Below, one piece after another: positions 1 through 10,936 of a stretch of DNA of 64,000 nucleotides. Made by a program: the position numbers and the translations under genes. This stretch comes from Octopus bimaculoides (taxonomy: Eukaryota), in contig NC_068997.1 in NCBI RefSeq assembly GCF_001194135.2, positions 54,111,975 to 54,175,974 on the forward strand. The letters run 5' to 3'. The number at the start of each line of letters is the position of its first letter. The first letter of the stretch is position 1. Under the pieces are notes generated by a model. It was not told the origin of the DNA, did no database searches, and saw nothing but the letters and a program-made list of their open reading frames with translations.

Positions 1-133
1 GTGTGAAGATAGGTGACAAGGATTTATTAATAGCGAAATACACGGACGGATCTAGATTACAATGACCACTTTCTTTAGTCACAAGGTTTCTAGCAATTGA
101 TATTTTCATATTTATATCTATAGATATATCTCA

Positions 134-183
<50 letters not shown>

Positions 184-349
184 CCCAAAAAAAAACACAC
201 ATGCACTTCATTTCTCATCCCAGATGTACCAAGTTTCCCTGTGGCAGGCTTGATAATTGTCGAGCGATTTCTCTCAGCATGACACCAATGGTAGCCTAGT
301 TAACCTACAAATGAGGAATAAATTCACTAAAGTAGGTACTGGATGTGCA

Positions 350-660
350 GGAAGTTGATATGAACACCATACCTTGCTAGCCACTGATAACTACCAATGA
401 AAATCATGTGGTATACGACAATCTACACAGATAAGAAGCTGCAGCATATCATTCGCCTACAGAATGAGACCAAACAATGAATTTTCATTGACATAATTGT
501 ATCTGCTGATTAGAAGTTTGTTTAGAGAATGAGAAAAAACGCAAGGTATGAACTGATGCGTATTGACAGAACCTCAAGAGCGAGCTTGATATCCACGATG
601 ATGGGTGCGCTCAGGACAATGTCATGGAAGATAGAATACCTGGCATGAGAACTTAGAACT
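350..660 (+). mobile_element. Decayed RTE/RTEX-like LINE 3' end fragment
   Basis: Frameshifted translation gives TNENHVVYDNL, IR..SFAYRMRPNNE and LDIHD...VMEDR, in the order of the RTE C-terminal motifs TNEELYGNL / IR.RRL.FAGH / AMEDR..W. Many stops. Confidence 0.45.
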
Positions 661-859
661 AGCAGACTTCAGTGGTGAAAGTTCAATGGCGGCCACACTA
701 AGAACGGCGAATGTGTCGAGGAAAATGTTATGTCGCCAAGCTGCAGGAATGGACTGAGAAATGGTACAGATAACCGGAACTACATCAAAGGAGGAGAGAA
801 TTGTGATAGTATTAATACGAACAATACTAGTCACGGGACCCCGTGATCGACCAGACTGT

Positions 860-1097
860 CGCATGAGGTTATACATCACTGGTCACAATGCGCTTTGCAT
901 TGTTTTACCAACATTGCCCCCTGGATCAGAAGGCTGCTCCGTCACAGGGGTGACCCCTTTACAACTGAGTGAAATGGCGCAACGTGAAATGAAGTGTCTT
1001 GCTCAAGCGCCTAAAACCCAGTTGATCTGGGAATCGAACTCAGGATCTCACAACCGTGAATGCAAAATGCTTAACTCCTAGGCCACCCGCCTTCACA
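860..1097 (-). mobile_element. tRNA-derived SINE (family C-related head, different tail)
   Basis: Reverse complement begins TGTGAAGGCGGGTGGCCTAGGAGTTAAG...GAGTTCGATTCCC (A/B box-like), then CTTGAGCAAGACACTTCATTTCACGTTG, also seen in the 13612 and 44057 copies. Confidence 0.75.
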
Positions 1098-1134
1098 ATA
1101 TTACGAATTGAATGTTATCACTAATGATAATCTG

Positions 1135-1330
1135 TTCTCTTGTCCTCACAGGACCTGAAATTTTGTTGGGGGTCGGGGTGCTTGACGATTGCCATGTTCA
1201 ACTTATTTCATTTACCCCGGAAAAATGAATGACAGAAATCGATTTCAGTGGAATTTGAACTCAGAACGCAAAGCCAGGAGATATACCACGAAGTAGTTTG
1301 TCTGGCGTGTTTACAATTCCCCCAGATTGG
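1135..1330 (-). mobile_element. SINE family A, diverged copy
   Basis: Contains GAATTTGAACTCAGAACGCAAAG, the reverse complement of the family A core CTTTACGTTCTGAGTTCAAATTC. Confidence 0.7.
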
Positions 1331-2716
1331 GTATATGAGCCTTTAAATAGAATCTTAATGAAAGAAAATAATCGGTTGTTGTTGTACTTGTACTTGCAGT
1401 AGTTGTCTGTGCGCACGCACGTGTGTGATATAACTTTGTAAGGAAAGAATGAAGCGTATGTGTACATTCTGAGAAGTCCTACTTTGTGCTCACAGAAACG
1501 TTTAGCGTGATGGCTGTTAAGTTTCGTGTATTGGACATATACAATATTCCATTCATAATCATTTCAATTTAAGTGAAATTTGTTATAATGTAAAGAAGGT
1601 ATGGACGATCACAATTTCTATGGGACGACATTATCCCTGAAACCAGAAGAAATATTACTTATTTTATTGTGTCGACAATAGACTGTTCCTTCCCATTGTT
1701 CGAAGTTCTTTGGGATCCTTCCTTTACACGGAATCAGAGTTGAAGTGATATTCTTAATAGAAAATCTGCTTCGCTCTGATACAAATTTGGACGCTCCTGG
1801 CTCTCTAACTAAATTAACTTCATTTGTACAACAAATGCTCTCGGGAAAGATAACTCCGTAACACACATTTCATATTTCTCCTGTTTTATTATACACAGCA
1901 TATGAGCCTTGTCAGAAAGATCTTCTGATATTAATTATTAATTCCCTCCTGACTAGGACCTCAAGTTTTACCCCACGTTTTACTCAAATTATTCCAGTAG
2001 TCGCGTATAAGAATGCACAAATGCTATGTCCTTTCAAAATGTAATATTCTAGCCTGTCAAGAGGGAGAAACAGGGTTCGATCCCTTCTAAACTTTGATGT
2101 TTATTGCGCAATACACTGCTAACATTCTCGAGATAGGAAGGAACGAGAAAGCTGCATATTTTTATTTACTCCCGCTAAAGCCAGGCTATTTCGTCTACTG
2201 AAAAACATATATCTATATATCTATAAGTTAAATAAGTGTTAACAAATAACGAATATTAAGTGACGATGGAGAAGAAAAGAATTATATTGTATAATTATGA
2301 ATAAAGTCTGGAAGTTTCAGTAAGAAAATGTAACTCCTCCCTCATCTATTCCGGATTCATAATCAACTACTTACCTAGATACAATGGCAAAAACGCATTG
2401 AAGAAAGAAGTGAGATCATATGACGTCATGCTTTTCTTAAAGACATCCGTAACGGAAGTTAAGTCTAAGGAACTGCATCGAATCAGGAAACAAATTTATT
2501 TAACCGATTCTGTTCGCCAGCAGCTTTGCCTTTTGTTCTACGATGCTTGTCACAATTTTACAAGATTTCAATCTATGTGTGTAATTTATAGAAAAGTTGA
2601 ACAGATTTGAAAAAAATCATTGATTTGATTAATCTACTGCTGCAGACATTTACCAAAATTGCATCTCCAAAAACACGAGACCGGCTTCATTGTAACGATA
2701 TGATTTTGTAACAAAC

Positions 2717-2746
2717 ATACTATTATTATAATTATCGTTATTATAA

Positions 2747-2789
<43 letters not shown>

Positions 2790-2808
2790 CATAACTATTA
2801 TTATCATG

Positions 2809-2839
<31 letters not shown>

Positions 2840-2855
2840 CGATTATCATCATCAT
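2717..2855. repeat. Compound (ATT)n/(ATC)n microsatellite
   Basis: Read directly from the sequence. Confidence 0.95.
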
Positions 2856-3209
2856 GAAAACTCTCAAATCTATTTTGCTGGGTATGATGGAAAATGTCAG
2901 GTACCCACAACCAGCAGACTGAGGTGATATTAGTTTATTGATCAGGCTCCAAGGACCCAAGAACCCTGCAGAGAGCTCTTGTAGACTGGATTTGATCTGT
3001 TCCACTCCAACGATTTGTGCATATACATGTATAGTTGAAATTCATAAAGAAACAAAAGACGAAGACAGGTGTATGAAGAACAAGCAAGTGTAATAGTTTG
3101 ATGCTCGGGAAAATGAAAATGTCGTTTACGTTTCGAGCCTCCGCTCTTCAACAGAATGGAATAAAAGAGAACAAAAAAACTTGTAGATTTCAGCGGCCCA
3201 CCATGGCGA

Positions 3210-3264
<55 letters not shown>

Positions 3265-3265
<1 letters not shown>

Positions 3266-3420
3266 CCAACGATCTTCCATACTTTTCCCGTCATGAAATT
3301 CATTTAGGCATTGATCGACCTCAGGTTATATTAAAAGAAGATATTTGCCCAATGTGTCGCGCAGTAGTACTGAACCCGAAACCCGTTGACAGAAAGTGAG
3401 CTTCTTACCGTACACCAAAC
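3265..3420 (-). mobile_element. SINE family B, left-arm fragment
   Basis: GATCGACCTCAGGTTATA..AGAAGATATTTGCCCAATGTGTCGCGCAGT..ACTGAACCCGAAACC..AAGTGAGCTTCTTACC matches the reverse complement of the family B head. Confidence 0.7.
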
Positions 3421-3787
3421 ACTATTCCAACATTTCCGTGTTTCTATATAAATTAACTGCTTTATTTTTATTTGCTATCTGCTATCAGATCATCCTGGTG
3501 TCGTCTGCACTTTTCAAATACATTAATATTGAATGATAAGCATACGTTACTTCTATTGCCATTTAAGTTGTTGATGTCGTTGTTGCTAAATTGCTGTAGC
3601 AGATTATTTTTCTTGTCTCAAATAAATTACTTCCTGGTTACTTTCTAAAGTTTTCCTCCATCTTGTTGATCGATTAGATGTTGGTCCACATTCGATGAGT
3701 TTGCAATGAGTGAACGGAGGAATTTAAATGTAAATAGGATTAAATTACTCTTCTAAATTAATCATATCGCTGAATCAATAATAAATA

Positions 3788-3869
3788 CATTATTATTATT
3801 GTTACTGTTGTTGTTGTTGTAGTTGTGTTGTTGAAGTCGACAACGACGAAGACGGCGATGATGATGATA

Positions 3870-3911
<42 letters not shown>

Positions 3912-3960
3912 GTGATGGTGATGGTGGTGATGATGATGATTACGATGAGGATCATCATCG

Positions 3961-4026
<66 letters not shown>

Positions 4027-4075
4027 GCAACCGCGCCACCAGTGTTATCACCATCATCATTATCATAATCATGAT
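3788..4075. repeat. Compound trinucleotide array (ATT/GTT/GAT, then CAT/CAG)
   Basis: Read directly. It is the source of several poly-amino-acid pseudo-ORFs. Confidence 0.95.
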
Positions 4076-4289
4076 AAGCTCTCGTTGAATGAGCAGAATC
4101 GTAGGGGCAACGTGAAAAACCCCTCGCGGCATTTCTTTCGATAATTGAGGTTGTAATTTCACACCTCACCGGGGCAGTCCCTTCCTTTTACGGTCGATAA
4201 TATACGAACCAATAAAGCAATGAAATCAATGTCACCTCTCGTGAACACTGCTGCCCCAGTACCGCACTTAGAAAGAAAATGAAGAAGAA

Positions 4290-4290
4290 T

Positions 4291-4350
<60 letters not shown>
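4290..4350. repeat. (AGT)n microsatellite
   Basis: Read directly from the sequence. Confidence 0.95.
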
Positions 4351-4352
<2 letters not shown>

Positions 4353-4742
4353 TTTTTGCTGTTGTTGGTGCTGTTATTGTTGTAGACGGATACTTTGCAA
4401 CTTAAATAACAAGCTAAAGATCGTATTTTCCTCAACTCAAAATTCGAAATCTTTCGTTCGAGTTCTTGTGATTCTTACGACAAACGCTCACCTCTGTGTA
4501 ATTCTTTTTGCCCTGATTCTAATGCCATGAGGTAGATTTCAAAAGTAAGCGCACATCATAACTTCATGTGGCAACTTTACTGAGACAGAATCTCTACAAC
4601 CATTTTCTTATTATCGGTTTTTGCCTCTTTAGATTATATGTTGGAATATCCATTGTATAATGCAATATAGAATAGTACCACTTCACCGAAAGAAAATTCA
4701 ATAAGACAATTTCATCTTCTCTCTCTGTGTCTGTGGCTCTTA

Positions 4743-4776
<34 letters not shown>

Positions 4777-5814
4777 CTCTTTCTTTCTTTCTCTCCCTCC
4801 CGCCGAATCTTTCTCTATCTCCATCTCAATCTGTTCGCTTACGAAACACATCACTCTATTTCCTCCTCCTTTAGTTCTTAGGAAACCTACTTTACACGTT
4901 GTAAACGTTTCATCAGAATAGTCACACAAACAAAGCAATGACAGTCGAAATAAAAGAGAAGGAAAGACGAAGTCACATACAAATAAGCATTTCTGATACG
5001 TAGCAGCACACACAGATGATTCTAGTATTTGCACGGCCATTGTAGGCATTAACATACGGTTTATGAGTGAGAGCCATAACCAAATATTAGAAGAATCAGA
5101 AATAATATATACAGTATTTTCCATTAAATACGAATTGAGTAAATAGATTTGCCCCCAACTTGGTGACCTCAGCTCTTGGCGTTCGTAGCATTTGTCTGAC
5201 CTTGTAACATTTCCACTGGTGGTTTTAATATCACAAAAGCATATCAGTGGATTCAAACTTGATATAATTTGACAGTTGACCTAACTGCTACGGAGGCAGA
5301 CGTCACTTCTGTTGCATCTCTATAGCAGCAATGCAATAATATAATGCTACAGTGAGAGCTTTTTCCTGGCATCGTAAAGTTCGTTTATTACTGATTATAT
5401 TGACGTGGAAAAGTACTGACATTCTACTCAGTAATTATGGCTTTATCAAAACTTGGACATCTTATTTATATACGATATAAATATATTCTCTTACTTGTTA
5501 TTCTGTGATGGTTAAATGATATTATGAACTCGCGGATTAAATTCTTAGCTTTTGATCTGTAAATTCATGTTTCATAATGATAATGCTAAAAATTGTCTGT
5601 TTCTTTTTTTTTTTTTTTATTGAGATGCCACTTCATAGAGAGGTTTCNNNNNNNNNNTTCCTCTGTTTCAAGAAATATGAAAGAAAATATCTCTTGGATA
5701 AAACATTGGTGTTTCTGAAAGAATTACCCGGCAATATAACTAGTACCAATTACTGAGAACAGAGGGAACAGCGACCGTTTCAGATTATTGTATATAGGTG
5801 ATCGTTATCCGAAC

Positions 5815-6250
5815 GAGCAGGCGTGATTGCATGGCAAGAATCTTGATCCCCAACCACACGGTTGTGGGTTCAGACCCACTACGTGGCTCGTTGGGCAAGT
5901 TTCATTAACTATAGCCTCGGGTCGACCAAAAAATTGGGAGTGGCTTCAGTAGACGGAAACTGAAAGAAGCCTGTCGTAGATATATATATATATGTGTGTG
6001 TGTGTGTACGATTTTGTGTGTGTGTGTGCGTGTGTGTTTGCATCTGTGTTTTGTCCCCGAGCCTGCTTTACAACCAGTGTTGGTGTATTTACGTACCTGT
6101 AACTTAGCGGTTGGGCAAAAGGAGATGATAGAGTTCATATCAGGCTTAGCAAAATAAGTGCTGGGCTCGATTTGTTCGACTAGAACCCTTCCTGGTGATG
6201 CCCCAGCGTGGCCGCTGTCGAATGCCTGAGACAAGTTTAAGTTAAAAGAT
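5815..6250 (+). mobile_element. SINE family B, near full length (bipartite, internal TA/TG microsatellite)
   Basis: tRNA-like head (GGCGTGATTGCATGGCAAGA...GGGTTCAGACCC), TTGGGCAAGT core, GTAGACGGAAACTGAAAGAAGCC, then (TA)n(TG)n, right arm, and tail GATGCCCCAGCGTGGCCGCTGTCGAATGCCTGAGACAAGT. Collinear with the 30020 copy. Confidence 0.85.
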
Positions 6251-7367
6251 ATAACAAAAAAAATATCAAAATAAGCAATATACTACATTATACACAAACA
6301 AATGACGGGGCCTCTATGTGCAAAACGGATGAAATGACGCTAAGCATTTTTGCCGGGCACGGTAACATTTCTGCCAACTCGCCGCCTTATTAACGAATAT
6401 AATACTAAATGAAGCCATAGTTGTATTCTGTAGAGAGAGGATCTACGAATTGTATGAGTATACAGTTGCTTGTTTACTAGAAGTGTGTAGCCGCGCTACG
6501 TTAAGGCCACGTCCTGGTAGGTATTTCTGTTTTCAAGTGCCGTATCGCAGAAGTACATCGATAATAAGGGTAATTTATAGAAAAGTTTAGAGTTAGAGTT
6601 TAGATATTTCTAAAAAAATGTCTTACGTTTCACCTAGGAACGGGTTACAAATGTTTGATGTGAAAATCTTGTTGCAAGACATCATGACGACTTAACGTAT
6701 TGAAGATTACAAGAACTTCTCATTAAAGATATTTTATATAACTGACCGGATAATAAGACACAGAAAGAAACAGGTTGATAGAGAGAAAGACATGCAGGAA
6801 GAAACAGGTAGATAGAAAGACAGACATTTAGAGAGAACGAGAGATAAAGAAAAATAAGAGAAAAGAGGCAAAGTCAGGGTAATAAAAGTTTCATTTTCGT
6901 GTGCAAGCCAACACACTCACGATGAAAGATCAGCAAATCAGCGAAATATTTACAAATTTCACCCTACAGCCATCATTGTGCTTGCTTGTAAACCCACTTG
7001 TAGTATTTCACTACTTTCGTTTTCAAACATAACATTGGATATTCTATAGTTGTGTGATCAAATGTTGATGTTTCAGAAGGCCATATGCTTCAGTAGTTAG
7101 AGGACATCGAAAACCAGACTGACTTGAAACATCGATTAACTTCGTATTCGGGACTCTATTAAATTGATTAAACTCTCGGCGGAAGCAAGAGTTTTTGTTA
7201 TTTCTTTATTTATTAGAATCCTGTTACTACACATCCTATAGTCTTCATCAAGTTTTGACAGAATTTTCAAAAATAAATCACTTATATTTTGTGTGCAATT
7301 TGTGTGGGTGGGTGTAAGTGAATGAGTATGTACACACAAAGACACACACACACATACACACACATAT

Positions 7368-7420
7368 ACTCTTTTACTTGTTTCAGTCATTTGACTGCGG
7401 CCATGCTGGAGCACCGCCTT
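7368..7420 (-). mobile_element. Tail-only fragment of SINE B or its partner LINE; duplicated at 7635-7687
   Basis: CTCTTTTACTTGTTTCAGTCATTTGACTGCGGCCATGCTGGAGCACCGCCTT, between (CA)n and (TA)n. Confidence 0.8.
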
Positions 7421-7422
7421 AC

Positions 7423-7453
<31 letters not shown>

Positions 7454-7465
7454 AATACATATATG

Positions 7466-7505
<40 letters not shown>

Positions 7506-8951
7506 NNNNNNNNNNNNNNNNNNNNNNNNNNNNNNNNNNNNNNNNNNNNNNNNNNNNNNNNNNNNNNNNNNNNNNNNNNNNNNNNNNNNNNNNNNNNNNN
7601 NNNNNNNNNNNNNNNNNNNNATACACACACATATACTCTTTTACTTGTTTCAGTCATTTGACTGCGGCCATGCTGGAGCACCGCCTTACATATATATATA
7701 TATATATATATATATACAAATATATATATATGCCTATTTATGTGCACATAGATGCATTCTCATAGATATATATGTAAAAGTACATATATAAATATACACA
7801 CACACATATAAAAGGAATGTGCGCACACATATCTATATATTTAGATATATATGTACATATATGTACATACACAGGTGGATAGATAGATAGATAAATATAT
7901 AGATATATAGAGAGAGATAGAGACATACACACATACATACATGCGTAGAAAGAAAGATTGATATGGAAAGAAAGGAAAGAAATATAAGTATCAAGAAAGA
8001 CTAGCATTTTAGACGCACGCACACACACACTCACAACCATGCACACACACACACAGCCATGCACACACACACACACACACGCTGAAATACACACACTTGC
8101 ACAAGAACAGAGACATAGTTCGTCATATTAAGAATAATGGCGAACTACGACTCTGTTATGTAGACGTGTCTAGACTTAGTTTGCGATGGAATATAAGTGT
8201 GGCTTTCTGTCGAATTGCCGTAATCATCATGGGAATCGAAAATGTAATAGGAAATGGTAATAATTATCGAGATGTCATGGCAGGCACGGGATATGGTGTT
8301 GCTTCAATGATTGCGTTTAGCGTTTTTGATTATCGAATGTTGGACTTTGAACAACGGGTAAAGCCAGCCGTCGTTTCATTACTGTCAAACCTTTCCAACC
8401 TTCTCTTGTCTAGAAAATAAATTATTTCGGGAGGAAAATCGCCAATGATAGATGTCATATTGCTTCAAATTGGCATATATCGTCATAATTTTGTCATATA
8501 TATATATATATATATATANNNNNNNNNNNNNNNNNNNNNNNNNNNNNNNNNNNNNNNNNNNNNNNNNNNNNNNNNNNNNNNNNNNNNNNNNNNNNNNNNN
8601 NNNNNNNNNNNNNNNNNNNNNNNNNNNNNNNNNNNNNNNNNNNNNNNNNNNNNNNNNNNNNNNNNNNNNNNNNNNNNNNNNNNNNNNNNNNNNNNNNNNN
8701 NNNNNNNNNNNNNNNNNNNNNNNNNNNNNNNNNNNNNNNNNNNNNNNNNNNNNNNNNNNNNNNNNNNNNNNNNNNNNNNNNNNNNNNNNNNNNNNNNNNN
8801 NNNNNNNNNNNNNNNNNNNNNNNNNNNNNNNNNNNNNNNNNNNNNNNNNNNNNNNNNNNNNNNNNNNNNNNNNNNNNNNNNNNNNNNNNNNNNNNNNNNN
8901 NNNNNNNNNNNNNNNNNNNNNNNNNNNNNNNNNATATATATGCATATATAC

Positions 8952-8985
<34 letters not shown>

Positions 8986-10011
8986 ATGCATGTTTGTGTG
9001 TGAATATGTGTGTATGTGGCTGAACATATGTATATCTTTTTTATATCATTTCTACTTGTTTCAATTATTCTATGGTTGTCATTTGCTAATAGTTTTCGAG
9101 ATCTATAAGGCCTCTACCATCTTCGGCACATTGTATATATAACCTTTCGGTGTCGATGAAGAAAGTACCAGTCAAGTACTGTGATCAATGTAATCGACAA
9201 TCCTTTCCCCCAAATTTTAGGCCTTGTGCCTATAGCAGAAAAGATTATTATTATCATAATCATTATCATCATCATCTCCAGCAGCACAGCTCTGAATACC
9301 GCCATGATCATCTTTATACCCGACATTATCATCGTTATTTTCTTCATCACCTTTATTATTGTCACAATTTTTATTAACACTATTTACACTCTTATTAAAA
9401 TATTTTTACACTTTCTCGTCCATCTTTTCCTCTGTTACAAGTAACAATAACTTTATATAATTTTCTTTAATAATTGCTAATTCTTTTTTCGTTTTTGTTT
9501 TATTTAAATATCTTAATATTCTATTTTTGAATTTAAAAAAATTATTTATTTTTAACAGTCATATTGAAATTTTATTTGCCATACTCTCCTCGTTATTTTC
9601 AATGCTCATAATGAATCGAGGAATTATTTCTTTGCCATCTTTTATTAAATAAAATTTTCTCATTTATATCTTTCACATTTCGGTTAATAATATAATATTT
9701 CTCCACTCTCTTTCTTATATTTTGTTTACATTTTATTATTTTTCCCTTATTTCCTTCATTTTAGCGTGTCTCTGTTTCGTTCATCTGTTAGCAAAACTTT
9801 TACCTTCTAGTCACATATACGTATATATATATATATATATATCACCTTCTTTTTATCATACTAAATGTATACACACAGTTAGAAAGCTGGATGTTGTGGA
9901 ATAATTGAGCAATTGTCTCAGACAACTCTACAGCGACTTGTCTTCTTTCGGCACACAACTGCATGAACCAGTTGTTTCATTTGCGTACACCGAAACACAA
10001 ACACACGCACG

Positions 10012-10062
<51 letters not shown>

Positions 10063-10452
10063 NNNNNNNNNNNNNNNNNNNNNNNNNNNNNNNNNNNNNN
10101 NNNNNNNNNNNNNNNNNNNNNNNNNNNNNNNNNNNNNNNNNNNNNNNNNNNNNNNNNNNNNNNNNNNNNNNNNNNNNNNNNNNNNNNNNNNNNNNNNNNN
10201 NNNNNNNNNNNNNNNNNNNNNNNNNNNNNNNNNNNNNNNNNNNNNNNNNNNNNNNNNNNNNNNNNNNNNNNNNNNNNNNNNNNNNNNNNNNNNNNNNNNN
10301 NNNNNNNNNNNNNNNNNNNNNNNNNNNNNNNNNNNNNNNNNNNNNNNNNNNNNNNNNNNNNNNNNNNNNNNNNNNNNNNNNNNNNNNNNNNNNNNNNNNN
10401 NNNNNNNNNNNNNNNNNNNNNNNNNNNNNNNNNNNNNNNNNNNNNNNNNNNN

Positions 10453-10493
<41 letters not shown>

Positions 10494-10499
10494 GATAGG

Positions 10500-10531
<32 letters not shown>

Positions 10532-10564
10532 CAGATATAGATAGGTCTACAAATTTTTCAGCAT

Positions 10565-10900
10565 ATGGCTTGTCTTCCAGGCTGTAGATTCCGGCTTGGA
10601 ATTTCCGGAACCACCGTTGACACTGGCTTACACTTATTGTAAAATCTCCATATACTGCATTAATATTCCTCGCACATACCATTGCGTCGTTGCCTTTATA
10701 GAACTCATAATGCAAAATATGCTGAATATGCTCCTTTGTCACTTCCATTATTGCTTTGAAAATATAACTGTTAAGATCGATGTGCACTCTTCAAAACTTG
10801 CACTAAGAATAAGTACAAGGTAAAATTACTACGTGCTTTTATAGCAACCGACTTCTAGCTCATACAATTAAGAAAACAGTATTATTTATGAGATAACCCA

Positions 10901-10902
<2 letters not shown>
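10565..10902 (-). mobile_element. Mariner (Tc1/mariner) 5' fragment: terminal inverted repeat, 5' UTR and N-terminal HTH of the transposase
   Basis: Minus strand from 10748 reads MEVTKEHIQHILHYEFYKGNDAMVCARNINAVYGDFTISVSQCQRWFRKFQAGIYSLEDKP, a classic mariner N-terminus (H..LYEF.KG...A..I..VYG....S....WF.KF..G..SLED.P). TIR-like ATTGGGTTATCTCATAAATAATACTG at ~10877-10902 abuts a (TA)n run. Confidence 0.9.

Positions 10903-10936
<34 letters not shown>

Noticed and set aside
4594-5256. 220-aa minus-strand ORF
   Set aside because: Runs through (CA)n/(AG)n microsatellites (HTHTHT), has no domain, and has no coherent splice or start context.
8097-8420. 107-aa plus-strand ORF with a hydrophobic stretch
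   Set aside because: TTG start, no recognisable family, and no supporting splice sites.
9880-9975. KLDV...EP peptide faintly like the mariner WVPHEL region
   Set aside because: WVPHEL itself is absent, and the orientation is opposite to the neighbouring mariner fragment.
7136-10787. Long ORFs containing X runs (likewise at 16.7-22, 36-40, 46-50 and 57 kb)
   Set aside because: They are open only because N-gaps and dinucleotide repeats lack stop codons. Only the mariner and Hero-like segments within them are real.
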